DNA of 64,000 nt. Origin: Selaginella moellendorffii. Lineage: Eukaryota; Plantae; Lycopodiophyta. The notes beneath the pieces were generated by a model. It worked only from the letters and a program-made list of their open reading frames with translations, searched no databases and was not told the DNA's origin. Shown here in pieces: positions 32,801-44,212 of this stretch (within the stretch, counting starts at the first letter, position 1; every line of letters begins with the position of its first letter). The position numbers were made by a program, and so were the translations under genes. Where the stretch lies: NCBI RefSeq assembly GCF_000143415.4, contig NW_003314267.1, positions 1,748,100 to 1,812,099 on the forward strand. The letters run 5' to 3'.

Positions 32801-35276
32801 AGTCTTCCATTCATCACCAGGCCGGATCCGGATCAGGTTGTATGCTCCACGGAGGTCGATCTTGGTGAAGAAGCGGGCACCGCCGAGGCGTTCCAACAGG
32901 TCCGAGATCAGGGGCAGCGGATAAAGGTTCCGAACAGTCACCTTGTTCAAACCTTGGTAGTCGATGACTAGCCGCAAGTTCCCATCCTTCTTCTTGACAA
33001 AGAAGACAGGCGCTCCAGCCGGGGACTGCGAATGCTGAATGTAGCCCGAGGCAAGGTTCTCATCCACATACTCTTTGAGGGCCTTAAGCTCGGACGGGGA
33101 TAACCCATAGATAGGCCCCACGGAGGTGACGCTCCTTCCTGTAAATCAATGGGACAATCATAAGGCCGATGAACAGGCAGTACACTAGCTTTTTTCTTGT
33201 CAAACACATCCCCAAAATCATGATACTTCTCAGGAAGACTGACAAGAGAAACATGCAAAGCAAAAAGAAAAAGAGGTTCTTCATGAAAGAGTTCTTTCAT
33301 AGTGATTGTGGAGATAGGAGGAGGCATACGACTAAATGGAATGAGACGAGGATACGGTCCAGTGTAAGATGGAAGAGAGGAAAAAGAAGAGGGTGAAAAC
33401 TTTATAGAGTCAGGAACAGAACCCCAATTTGAGTTTAGGGAACTTTTCCTGATTCGGACTCGATGAACAGCAGGGGAAGCCGTGGGAGAGATGAGCTGTA
33501 ATTCCTTCCAACAGATCTGAGGCTGATGTAGTTGGAACCAAGGAAGACCGAGCATCACAGAGGAGGACTTGCTGTTGATGATGTTGAAGGCAATATCGGT
33601 GACGGTGGACCCAATGTGTACTCGAACGGGCAACGTTTCCCTAAGTCCAGAAGATGGAGACACAAAATGCCCGCCGATGCCTTCAACCCTCAAATCCCGT
33701 ATGGTAGGAGAAAGAGGAACGTGATGTCGGGCAGCAAAGTCCGTGTCCATGAAGCAGGAAGTTGCACCTGAGTCCAGTAATGCCAGAGCCTTGAGTCCTG
33801 ATTGTCCGGTGAAAGAAAGGAGACATGGGACGCGGAAGTTGTGGGAATTGGTGGTGGCTTTGATGAAAGGTGGTGAGGAGCTTGATAAAGAAGAAAAGTG
33901 ATTTTTAGTCGGGGAGTCCAAACAGACAGCTCCTACTCTGTTTGGACTGGGTCGTTTCCCGACTGCAATAGAGGTGGACTTTGAGGCAGAGTGAACTCGA
34001 GCAGTCGAGGAGGCTTCTTAGGACATACAGCTGCTTTGTGATTAGGATCAGCACAATAGAGGCAAAGATTATGAGATATTCGACGTTGCTTCTCAGCAGG
34101 ACTCAACTTCCCTCTAATGAGTCGGGGAGTACCAGAAATATCCATTGGAACCGGAGCAGTAGGTTCAGGAGTATGCCCCGAAGACTCAAGCTGGGATTCC
34201 TGAGTCTGGGACGGAAAAACAGCGGCGCGGCGACTTTCCTGACGACGTTCAAAGAGACGATTGTCACATCAAACAGCTTTGTTGATGGCATTCGACAGGT
34301 CCTTGGGATCCTCCATGGTGAGCAACAAATCCTTGACACCGTTGTTGAGGCCGAAACGAAATTGGTCAATCAGGGCCCGCTCATCCCACTAAGTGTCCAA
34401 AGCAAGGAGTTGGAACTCTACAGTGTAGATCGAGGCAGGACGAGACCCCTGAGAGAGACGTCTCATCTTTGTGCTAGCAGCCCGAACCTGATCTGTCTCG
34501 CCAAAACATGCTTCGAGCTTCTCTTTGAACAATTGAAGATCCATCAGCTCTGGAACCACGACCCCTTTCATGCTCTTCTCCAGAAGAGGAGAAAACCATG
34601 ACAAAGCTGCACCTTCGAGCAACGTCCCAATCGCGCCGATTTGAGACTCGGGAGTAGGGTACCGCCGATGTTGAAGTGCGAAGATCAACTCCATCTGGTT
34701 CAGGAATCCGCGAAGCTTCGAACGCTTGCCTGAAAATTTCACCGGGAAGCTCACCTTCGGTTCAGGAACTTTGCTGGATCCTTGAGCCGAAAGTGAAGCA
34801 AGCTCCTGCTGCATGCGAAGAAGGGTCGCCTTCAGCTCGGTATTCTCAGACTAGATTTTTGCAAGGACTTCAGCAAAGAAATCAGGATGGCTTGGAGACT
34901 CCATTGGCAAGAAGAAAGGAAAAAGGGGGAAAAAAAGGCAAAGGTAATCAAACAATCAAAACAAACTAAATCTCTTTTCTCTTTGTCTTTTTGCATTTTC
35001 CAATCTTGATTTTGTCAAGGGTCTTGACAGTTTGATTCAGATTGTGGAGAAATGGAACAAGGCTAACCTATATATACTATAGGTTGATGAAGCTCCACCA
35101 CTCTTGGATCAAGGACGGCCTAAATATAGCTGAGGTCGAGGAGGCGCCACATCATCATCAGGAATGTGGCTCGAGACTTAGGAATCGGGAAGTGTCTCGA
35201 GAGTCAGGAATGTGGTCTGCAGGTCAGGAATCCGGCAAGAGTCAGGAATGTGGCAAGAATTGGGGGATTCCTGACA
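29811..35276 (-). mobile_element. Near-complete Ty3/gypsy chromovirus (3' LTR 29811-30197; rearranged 5' LTR ~34975-35276; gag-pol with chromodomain), inactivated by stops and frameshifts
   Basis: TATAT TSD with empty site at ~61861-61876; CCHC knuckle CLYCADPNHKAAVC; LLDSGAT; YLDDILI; RNase H; integrase SDRGPQF/HPQTDGQSER; chromodomain EYEVQDILDSK...YLVD*KGYGPEERTWEP; PPT GAGGAGGGGG. Confidence 0.96.
33916..33960 (-). promoter_or_regulatory. -1 programmed ribosomal frameshift signal between gag and pol
   Basis: In-frame G GGA AAC, 5-nt spacer, then a 12-bp perfect stem AGTCCAAACAGA/TCTGTTTGGACT; the -1 frame opens into the protease ORF. Confidence 0.85.
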
Positions 35277-37008
35277 TATATGTCACAAGGGTGTAGAGAT
35301 TTATTGATGCTTCACCATAAAAACTCTTATATGGTCATGATCCAATATTACCAATGGAGTTAGGTTTGCTTTCGTGATTACTATGAACTGCTGATGCTAG
35401 GTCGTGGGATCAATATTTGACAAGCATTCTTCCACTTGTCCGAGCAAAGTCTGCTAAACACCTGGGCTATGTACAGATGGGACAACAACGACGTTACAAC
35501 TCTCATCATTATCCACCTATGGAGTACAAAATGGATAATTTAATGTTAGTTCGTCTTCCCCATTTTACGATATATGGTTTATTTAAGAGGCTCCTTGCTC
35601 AGTGGAAAGGATTATATCAGATGTTGCAGCAAGTTGGACTACAAGTTTATGAGGTTTGGCATGATGTACAGCAGGCCAATCCTCCAGAATTATGTATATA
35701 TAACAATTGAAACACTTCGTATAAAGGGATAAAAAAGGACTAATACCACTTACAGATCCATCAATGCTTCTTTTTTATGTTCCTTTAGATCCTAGCTCAT
35801 CTACAAAAGAACTCTGATGGTTTTTCATTATTCTAAGAGGAAGAGATGATATAAGGTCCAAATGTACAATTACAATGCCATATACTAATGTTAGTGTAAT
35901 GGGGTTTTGGTAGTTGTCGAATTGGTTTCAATACAAACCATTTGTATATAAACTAGGGTTTTTGGGCTAATTAATATGCATATTTTTTGTATTTCCTTTC
36001 TATATTTCATGCACTCACATAGCAAAGATCATCTCACATATAAGTCTTGTTAAAACTTTAAATTATTATTAAAACATACATTACTGTAAATTAGATATAA
36101 AATTTTAAAAAAAATCTTCAACCACGAATTATATCCAAAATAAAATTTAAAAAACTAGAATATATATATATATATAAGAATTATATATGTTATTTTATTT
36201 TATTTTCTGAAATTAAATTTGTAGGCATTATTAAACTTCTAATATACATAAAACTTTATTTTAGGAGTACTTAATATGCTTATTTTATGTATGTTTTAGA
36301 TATAATGATATTATCTCATCATTTTGATATCTATTAATATTTACCCAAAATTAAAATATTTTAAAATGTTAGGTTATTTTAAAATTTATAGTTCTTCCAC
36401 TTTGTAATTCAGTTAATAAGTTAAATTTTACTTTAAGTAAAGTTTAAAATTTTAATATTTAAGTAAATTGCAAATTGCTTAAATAAGCTAAATTAAGTTT
36501 GATAAAAATCTTAAAATTTAATGTTTTCAAAAAGTAGTATTTATAAATACATTACTAAATTAAAATTTAAAAATTATAAAATATAACTATGGACACTTAA
36601 TTATTTAACTTAATAATTCATGTGATCATGCATTCTAAATAAACAATAATTAATGGAATGTATTATATCACTCTAAATGAATTGAAAATTTATTTCAAGC
36701 CTGGAATTAAAATATTTTAAAAATTCTATAATATTTCTTAAGTAATTAAAAAAGAAAATGATTGATGAACAAATTCACAATATAAATACTTGTTGTTAAT
36801 AAAACAACTATATTAAAAGATATGGAAGTCCACTAAGAAGTTTTAATTTATTAATTAATTCCCATTTATTTAAATTCAGAAGAAAACTTCTAAATAATAA
36901 ATATTTAAAACTTATTAACATTTTCATAAGTTTAAATTTTAAATCTGGATTTTATACTTTGAACATTGCCTACATTAAAATGAAACCATTGCTGAAAATG
37001 TAAGTAAT

Positions 37009-37432
37009 TTAGTGTCGCTTCCTACAGACACACAAGTATCTATAGGCACTCTCCTTGGGATTGCGGCCATTGAGTGGGACTTGCTCGGCTCGGCACTCCG
37101 TTTTGCAATCCCGGCACTCGTTGTAAGTGCAGCTGGGCGCCGTCGACCCGACCATCGCTCTTCGATCACTGGGATACTGCCATTCATTTATCATCTCCGG
37201 GCCGCAAGAGAAAAAGCAAGAAATATCGATTTCTCACCTTGGGCGTTAGCGTTTGTTGCAGCAGCTTTCGAGAGACACCTATTGCAAAACAACAAAAGCG
37301 ATACGCGAGATTTTTTTCCCGTGCAAAAGCTGGACTCGCTATACCTTGGATTTGTCTCGACCCATGCTCTTCCGGACAAGACGATGAGCACGAAGAGACG
37401 AGCAGCAGCAAGAGGAGTAAGGCCACCGGCAT
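37009..37432 (-). CDS. EPFL9: STOMAGEN/EPFL9-like secreted peptide, 3 exons (37432-37345, 37278-37238, 37194-37009)
   Basis: Signal peptide plus mature VGSTAPSCTYNECRDCKTECRAEQVP...SAYRYLCVC, matching STOMAGEN. Confidence 0.92.
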
Positions 37433-37730
37433 TGTCCGATCGATCGATCCTCCCCGCCGCGTGAATGTCCGTTTGTCTTTGTTCTCTCGTCGTCTCGACT
37501 GCGATTGATTGATGGAGCGATTGAGCAGTGGCCCAACGAGAAGAACAGGCGAGAATCAATCCATTGGACCCAGCAGTGGATTCACGAGATATTTTGGCGA
37601 GAAAAGGGGGCTTTTTCTCGAGAGAGAGCTCCCTCCATTGTGGTTCATACATTTTTGTTCTATCCCTCTCCAGGGGGATTTTGACATTCCAGAAACTTCC
37701 TACACCACATACAAACAAATCCAGGAGGCA

Positions 37731-38185
37731 TAGGGCTTATGGGCAAATTAGGGCTTACGGGCAAATTAGGGCTTGTGCTTGCGCCACGATGGGGACAGAG
37801 GGTGCCCATGCCATCCAACCACAGCGCAGTGGTCCAAAGATTCCATCGCTTATCCCGATCCAGGACCACGGAAATGAATTCTCTTTAGAATCGGGTGTGT
37901 GCTTCGCGCGGAAAATGGAAGAATGAGTCGATCTCTTCGCGCCCAATTGCGAGAAAGCCCACAGTGGGTGCTCCATCGCGCGCTGAGCCGCGATTGATTG
38001 ATCGGCCACGTGATACTGATCGATCGATCTCTTTCAAGCAATGTTTGCTACAATCGACGGGTTGATCGATTGAATCCACGGGTAGATCGATCGATCTCTT
38101 TCAAGCAATGTTTTCTAAAATAGACGTGTTGATCGATTGAATCCACGGGTAGATCGATCGAATCGACGGGTTGATCGATCGATTC
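37731..38185. repeat. Short tandem repeats upstream of EPFL9: 18-bp TAGGGCTTAYGGGCAAAT x2.5 and a GATC-rich duplicated block
   Basis: GATCGATCGATCTCTTTCAAGCAATGTTT twice; AATCSACGGGTWGATCGAT four times. Confidence 0.75.
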
Positions 38186-38344
38186 ATGCTGCCCATCAAG
38201 TGATCTGCCCCAAATTGCCACTCGCGCGCCAAAATATGAATTTAAAAAAGGTGTATATTTTTCCTTCCAAAGTTTATATAGATAAAAACACAAGAGGAGC
38301 AATCCAGATCCACACTGATCGATCCAGAGTGGAGTGAGAGATTT

Positions 38345-40120
38345 CTATCTTGCGTAGAAGCTCTCATTCTCCACCGATGAGATCCCATGAAACCCACTGC
38401 CGCTCTTCCTCCTCCCCTTGACACTCTTCCTTGGCGGCTGGAAGTTTAGATCGCTGCCGCTTGACGACCTCGGCTTGGAATGCGAAGAAACCAAAACATT
38501 TGCGCGCTGCGTCGGCCCCAGGATCGATGATCCACTGCTATGGCCGACGATCCTCGGCTGGAATTGGTGCTGAGGATTGGAGCCCTTGGTGGAGATCGTC
38601 GATTTGTTCGCAGCGGACGCGTAGGAGATGTCTGGATCCTGGAGAAACGCGCTGTTCATGGGATAGAGCAAGAAGTCCTTGCCCAAGTTGTCGATCTCGA
38701 AAAGATCGTTGCTGCTATCGCTGTCGTCGCCATCGAGATCACAACGATCATACGGCAATCTCTGGAAATTGCTGGAGTCACCCTCTTCGGATGAAGACAG
38801 GGAGGAGTCCCTCACGAGTTTCTTCGCGGCCGCGCGAGGGGGAGGAAATCCATACGAGTTGAGGTTGGAGCTCAGATCACGCGAGGAAGAGGAGTAATCG
38901 TGGCTGCTGCTCGTGGTGCTAGATCTAGAGGTCATGGAATCCTCGTATCTTTGATCTTTGGCCAAGGGAGGAGGAGGATTCACCGCGGCCGAGGATGGAT
39001 TCATGTGTGAGAAGGAGAAATTCGCGTGCCACGACTCCGATCGGGGAGGAACAGCCATGAACACGGCAGCATTGGAGGAGTTAGTGAACGAGGGCTTGGA
39101 GATTGGCTCGACCAAGACGCTGCTAGTGCTCAATCGCGAGAGCTCCTCGTCGCCCTCCATCTCGTCGGATCCACCGGAATCGAGGACGAATCCCCAGCGC
39201 GCGCTGCGAACATGGACGTTGTGCTGCGGCTGCTCGCCCGATCCAGCTATCTCGGGGCCGAAATCCACCGACGATCGTGCGGCGTGCTGCTGGGATGGGT
39301 GGAGATTGCGAGCGTGGAAGTAGTGATCAGCCCCAAACACCGAGACATCGCATTTCTTGGAGAAGGAATCCCTCTCGCCCGCGATGATTCGAATGGTGGG
39401 CATGGCTGGAGCCGCCATCCTGTTGATCCGCGGCGTGGGCTCCCCAAAGACCTCGCCAAAGACGTGCAAGCTCCTCGCCTGGCTCTTCTTCTTGATCCCC
39501 AGCGACGAGCACGTCGACGAATATTCGCTCATACCATCGTCGTCTTCTTCTTGCTCTTGGTGGCGTTCTTCTTCTTCGTGTTCTTCCTCGTCCTCGTCGA
39601 TCTCCAGGAGCCTGGGATTCAACCCAGCGCCACCGCCGTCGAGCTCGAATCTCTCCCTGGCCTTCGCGTAGCTCCTGGCGATGCTGTCCAGGCCAAAGGC
39701 GGCGTCCATGGCCTCGACCATGGGGCTGGAGAGGTACGAAAACCCCGACGATCGAGCGGCGGCGCTGTAGGAAGCGCCGCTGGCCAGATCGTCGGCGTCG
39801 GCGTCGCTGCTGCTGCTGAGGAGATTCCTGACGCTGCCGCTACCGGCGCTGCTGTTGCGGTGGAATCGCCACTCGCGGACGCTCCCACACTCGGCCATGT
39901 TGGAGGCGCTGCTGGATCGCATCGCGCCGCCGCTGCTGCTGCGGTTCTTGAGGAGGTGGCGCTCGGCCGCGGCGAGGCTGGAGAGCTCAGTGGAGACGAC
40001 CGAGATGGAGGGGCTGTCGGGGACGAGAATCGCGGCGTTGTGGATGCCGCTCAGGCTCAGCAGATGATCGCGCTGGGGTTTCTGGATCAAAACATCCTTC
40101 TTGGACAAGCACAAGCCCAT
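38345..40120 (-). CDS. Intronless Ser-rich protein with PKS/BIG GRAIN-like motifs and an N-terminal acylation motif (591 aa)
   Basis: MGLCLSKK start; DVSVFGADHYF and DSDSSNDLFEIDNL resemble the EIxVFxAxxYF and SSDLFE motifs. Confidence 0.75.
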   Translation of the reverse strand: MGLCLSKKDVLIQKPQRDHLLSLSGIHNAAILVPDSPSISVVSTELSSLAAAERHLLKNRSSSGGAMRSSSASNMAECGSVREWRFHRNSSAGSGSVRNLLSSSSDADADDLASGASYSAAARSSGFSYLSSPMVEAMDAAFGLDSIARSYAKARERFELDGGGAGLNPRLLEIDEDEEEHEEEERHQEQEEDDDGMSEYSSTCSSLGIKKKSQARSLHVFGEVFGEPTPRINRMAAPAMPTIRIIAGERDSFSKKCDVSVFGADHYFHARNLHPSQQHAARSSVDFGPEIAGSGEQPQHNVHVRSARWGFVLDSGGSDEMEGDEELSRLSTSSVLVEPISKPSFTNSSNAAVFMAVPPRSESWHANFSFSHMNPSSAAVNPPPPLAKDQRYEDSMTSRSSTTSSSHDYSSSSRDLSSNLNSYGFPPPRAAAKKLVRDSSLSSSEEGDSSNFQRLPYDRCDLDGDDSDSSNDLFEIDNLGKDFLLYPMNSAFLQDPDISYASAANKSTISTKGSNPQHQFQPRIVGHSSGSSILGPTQRANVLVSSHSKPRSSSGSDLNFQPPRKSVKGRRKSGSGFHGISSVENESFYAR

Positions 40121-41814
40121 TTTCTTCTTCTTTCGCGATAAAGATTGGTGCTTGCAAGGGGGTTGGGAGGAATTCTATCGATCAAAAGCCCCCAAAGCTC
40201 TTCTCTTTCATTTTCTCTTTTCTTTTCTCCTTGGGAGTGAGAACTAGGGCTAGAGAGTTTCCTCCTTTTCTTGCTCTAGAGGGATGGGATGGACTACCTT
40301 TCACATAATATCTCAATGCCCACACTGGGCATTTTTGGTTGCCACCCAAATTCCAGTGAGCTACACACAAAACACTAGTTTTGCCCTCCACAAGAAAACA
40401 AAACCATCAATTCCTATGGAAAAAGCTAGAATTTATTTTAGTGGTTCCATTGATCTTGAATCTCATCAACGATACAGCTTCCAAAAGCAAATGATCATGA
40501 TCCAATCAAACCCAAAGTCAAGCTTGCCATTTCTTTTATCCAAAGGACCACCAATCTGCTCAAATTGCTAGAGAGTTTCTTACAACACCCTGCTTGTTTC
40601 CATTGAGATTTTTTGGAAATCCAAAAAATTTTTGGAGAATCACCAACAAAGCTGCAGACTGCCTATGGCTAGCTGCCACCAAAAAGAAAACACACAGATA
40701 TGTATGTTTAGCTCTGTGTGTTCCTGGGCTGCTCCAGTAAACAAACATTGCTCATATTTGTCCTTGCTTGGCTGGTGCTGCAGCTACATCCAAGTGAACT
40801 TTCTCTGGTGCCAATAAAAACACAACAAAGAAACGTTTAGTTACAGAATTTATTAATCAAATTTGTCTCCCACCTCCTCTTTTTCTGTGGAATGGAAATT
40901 GAAATCTTTACCCCCATTGCATGTTCTTCTGGCTGGCCAGATCTTTTCCGATCCCAATCCAGGCCCTGCTCAACTTGCTTGTTCCTTTCAAACCTCCAAC
41001 TCACAACTCACCAAACTTGAATGAATTGAAAGCGAGGATCGAGGCAACCTTCTTCAGTCGTTTCCATTGCTCTCGTGCCGACTGTGGGACGGACGGATTT
41101 TCTCTAGCGCGACAAAGTTTGCTACCGGAGCTACAAACAAAACGCAAAAGAAAAGGTAAAATTCCCTTGTCAGGCAGAAAAAGAAGAACACAGCACCTTG
41201 CTTGCGTGGTTGTTGTGGTTGCGAGCGTTTCCACTGGGAACCTGATGGAGACAGAGAAAACAAAGAACAAGTCAGCAACCAACGAGCAAGAACAGATAAA
41301 AAGAAACACTTACTCGTGGGCGATGATTTTTCGCCCGGCTTTCACCCAAAAATATAATATGTTGGCCCTGGCGACTGTTTGGTTGGATGGACGGATTAGT
41401 CAAATGCAGCGAGGACGTTGCCGAATCTTTGAGCATCGTTGCACTTTGTCTCCATGTTCTCGTGACAATCCCAATTATTGGCACTGCTGGCTAGCAACGG
41501 TTTATCAAGTAGCGTAGACCACCTACGAGCAGAAACAAGTGCAAAAGAAAATGAGTGGCGATGAAAAAATGATTGAATCTATGGTGTTCAGGCCTCGATT
41601 GAGTGAGTGACGATCGACGCACGTCCGAATCAGACATGAGTAATAAGTGACCCACAGACTATTCACCGGGAGATCGGTCCAACAAACTTTGCCTGTAAAG
41701 TATTCCAATCGAACTACGTGGTGTACAGACTTCCACTTGTTACAAAAGTATTTGCGCAGTGGAAGTGCTACAAAAAAACGAATGAATTCTCAAAATCTAC
41801 CTGACTTGCCGCTT

Positions 41815-43495
41815 TCACTTCTCGAATTGCATCTTTTCGGCTTCATCCTTCAAAGACTGGAAGAGAACGGTAGAAAGATAGCGCTCGCCAAAGCTAGGAA
41901 TCACTACCTGTAAGAGATTACATTTGTGAGAAGTTTACACATTGTTAAGCTCGCCAAAATGCTAGAACTCACGCAGACGAGCTTGTTTGCATTCTCAGGC
42001 CGTCTTGCGACCCTGAGCGCAGCTACAGTTGCCGCTCCCGAAGAGATTCCAACCTGAGTAATCAAATAACATTAGCATTTAAAAGCGATCAAGTTTATAT
42101 ACCAATAGTCCCTCTTCTACGGCAAGTTGTCTAGACATGCGAGTAGCTTCTTCTGTTGTCACCTGAATAGAAAGTGTTTTTCAAACATTTCGTGATGCTT
42201 ATATAATGTAAGCTCACTTCAAGCACTTCATCCAGGAGATTAACTTCCAAGAGTCCAGGCGCGTAAATGCCTGCACCAAGGACTCACGAGTTTAGTGCCT
42301 GCCATGAGAACGGCAAGTCATCACTGGAAGGAATCCTTCTAAAGTTTATACGCACCTGATTTGTCGGATAAAACTGCGCTCTCGGCTGGCTCGACACCAC
42401 ATATCTGGAATCGCAACACTCGCTTTAGTATACACATCAAACCAAAGGACCACCTTTATATTGGAATTTTGGCTTTTTAAGAACTTTCCGATGCCAGTGA
42501 TCGTGCCACCGGTTCCGATAGACGCTACAAGAACATCAACTTTCCCACACGTGTCCTCCCAAATCTCGGGTCCAGTGGTTTCAAAGTGAACCTACAAGTA
42601 AAAATAAAAAGTAGAAGAGCGACTAGAGGGTATCTTCTCGTACCTTTGTGTTCGCAGGATTCTCAAACTGCTTTAGCATGTATGCATTTGGAGTCTTGCT
42701 TGCAATCTCTTGCGCCTTTTGAACGGCTCCTCTCATTCCCTTCCCCGAATCAGTGAGAGTTACCTCCGCTCCAAAAGCACGCAGCAGAATGCTACGCTCA
42801 GTGTTACTCAAAGACGCTGGCATCGTGAGCTTTAGCTTGTAGCCTTTACTGGCACTGATAAAAGCGAGTCCGATACCCGTGTTACCACTTGTGGCCTCTA
42901 CGAGGACAGTCTGCGAAGAACATTACGTGAGCAAGCGTAAAATTTCACGGTCCTTAAACTACCTTTCCTGGAGCTATATCCTGCTTTGCTTCGGCATCCG
43001 CTATCATACTATAGGCTATCCTATAAAACCACAAACAGAAGCAAAATGTAAGCATGACTGACAAATTCTACGCTACTCACCTATCTTTGATGCTGCAGCA
43101 AGGCTCCATCATTTCAAGCTTGGCAGCAACGTTTGCAACACAGCCTTTCACAACCTTGTTTAGATAAACCATAGGAGTCTTCCCAACAAGCTGGAAAAAT
43201 TATAGAAAAGACTAAGACACATTTTCGAAAAATTGATACATACCTGAGTGACATTGTCCGCAATATTCAAGTAGTCTTCTATCTTCACTTCCAATCCCTT
43301 CTTACCGGCATCCTTGAGCGGCGCCGTGGCGGTGTGGCCACATTTAACAGGAAATCTGCTGCTTCGGAGCCGCAATGAGGTGGATGGAGCTCCAATCGCG
43401 TCGAATCCGGCGCTGGAAATGCCGATTCCCGGCTTCTCCAGGCAAGATGGATGAGAAGAAACCGCCAGCTGCAACGCGCGGCTGCCTCCCAACAT
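41815..43495 (-). CDS. O-acetylserine(thiol)lyase/cysteine synthase family protein with organellar transit peptide; divergent
   Basis: [14 protein letters not shown] (PLP Lys), [40 protein letters not shown]; ~10 exons. Confidence 0.9.
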
Positions 43496-44212
43496 CCCCG
43501 GCACGCTCTGCTAAAGCCCTAAGCCCAGGAAAGCAAAGAACCCTAATGACTGAGCGGGAAATTCCTATTTAGGGTTCTTGAAATCTGATTGCTGGCAGTA
43601 AATATGTCAACATAATTCTTGTTACCTACAAATTCACAAGCATATCACCAGTTGAATTCATGTTTGAATCTATTGCAAGTTAAGTACAGTGTTAAGTTGG
43701 TAACCTTGGCATTTGGAAAGGAAGTGGGTTCTCAAGACTGAAGACTAGAGGGACCAAGAGTTTTCTATTGGGCCTTCATATTATTGCAGAATTTGCTTAT
43801 TTGTAAGAGATAACTCGAAGCTACGGTTTGATTTAGATTTTCTGAATGTTACTAAGTGCAGCTGCCGAGAAACTTGAGAAATCACATGAAGTCAAGACAT
43901 CATGTTCTGACTGAATGACTTTTATGCAGATCGTTTCACTGAGCTGAATTTTCTGCAGCTTGTGTGTCACAAATCATGAGCCAAGTCCCATTTGGCTGCT
44001 GAATCTGAATGGGGTGCCGTACGGTTAACAGATTAAGGATAGTACGTGTCGTTCGCTCCAGACACGTACACACATAAGTGCCGTTTACGTCTGGAGCAAA
44101 CGACTTTTGTGCAGCACGTTGTGGTTATCTCAATATATAAGGTATGTGAGCTCGTCTATGTTAATTCTCATTCTGTAGTTTGGATAGCGAGTTCCGAGTG
44201 GATCTAGATCAT

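Larger units (their letters stand above)
22175..36019 (+). repeat. Segmental duplication copy A (paralogue of 56150-62480), expanded by later insertions
   Basis: Long near-identical collinear stretches with 56.15-59.85 kb and the same junction into a gypsy pol remnant. Confidence 0.92.
26045..36019 (+). mobile_element. 5'-truncated gypsy remnant (RT, RNase H, integrase, PPT, LTR 35850-36019) hosting nested insertions
   Basis: FGLNNAL..FQQMMD RT motif; LTR homologous to 18596-18748; collinear with 59905-62480 once insertions are removed. Confidence 0.85.

Noticed and set aside
39026-40141. 371-aa plus-strand ORF
   Set aside because: Antisense shadow of the GC-rich PKS/BG-like gene
40921-41517. 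198-aa ORF
   Set aside because: No recognisable motifs; lies in the probable promoter/leader of the 40120 gene
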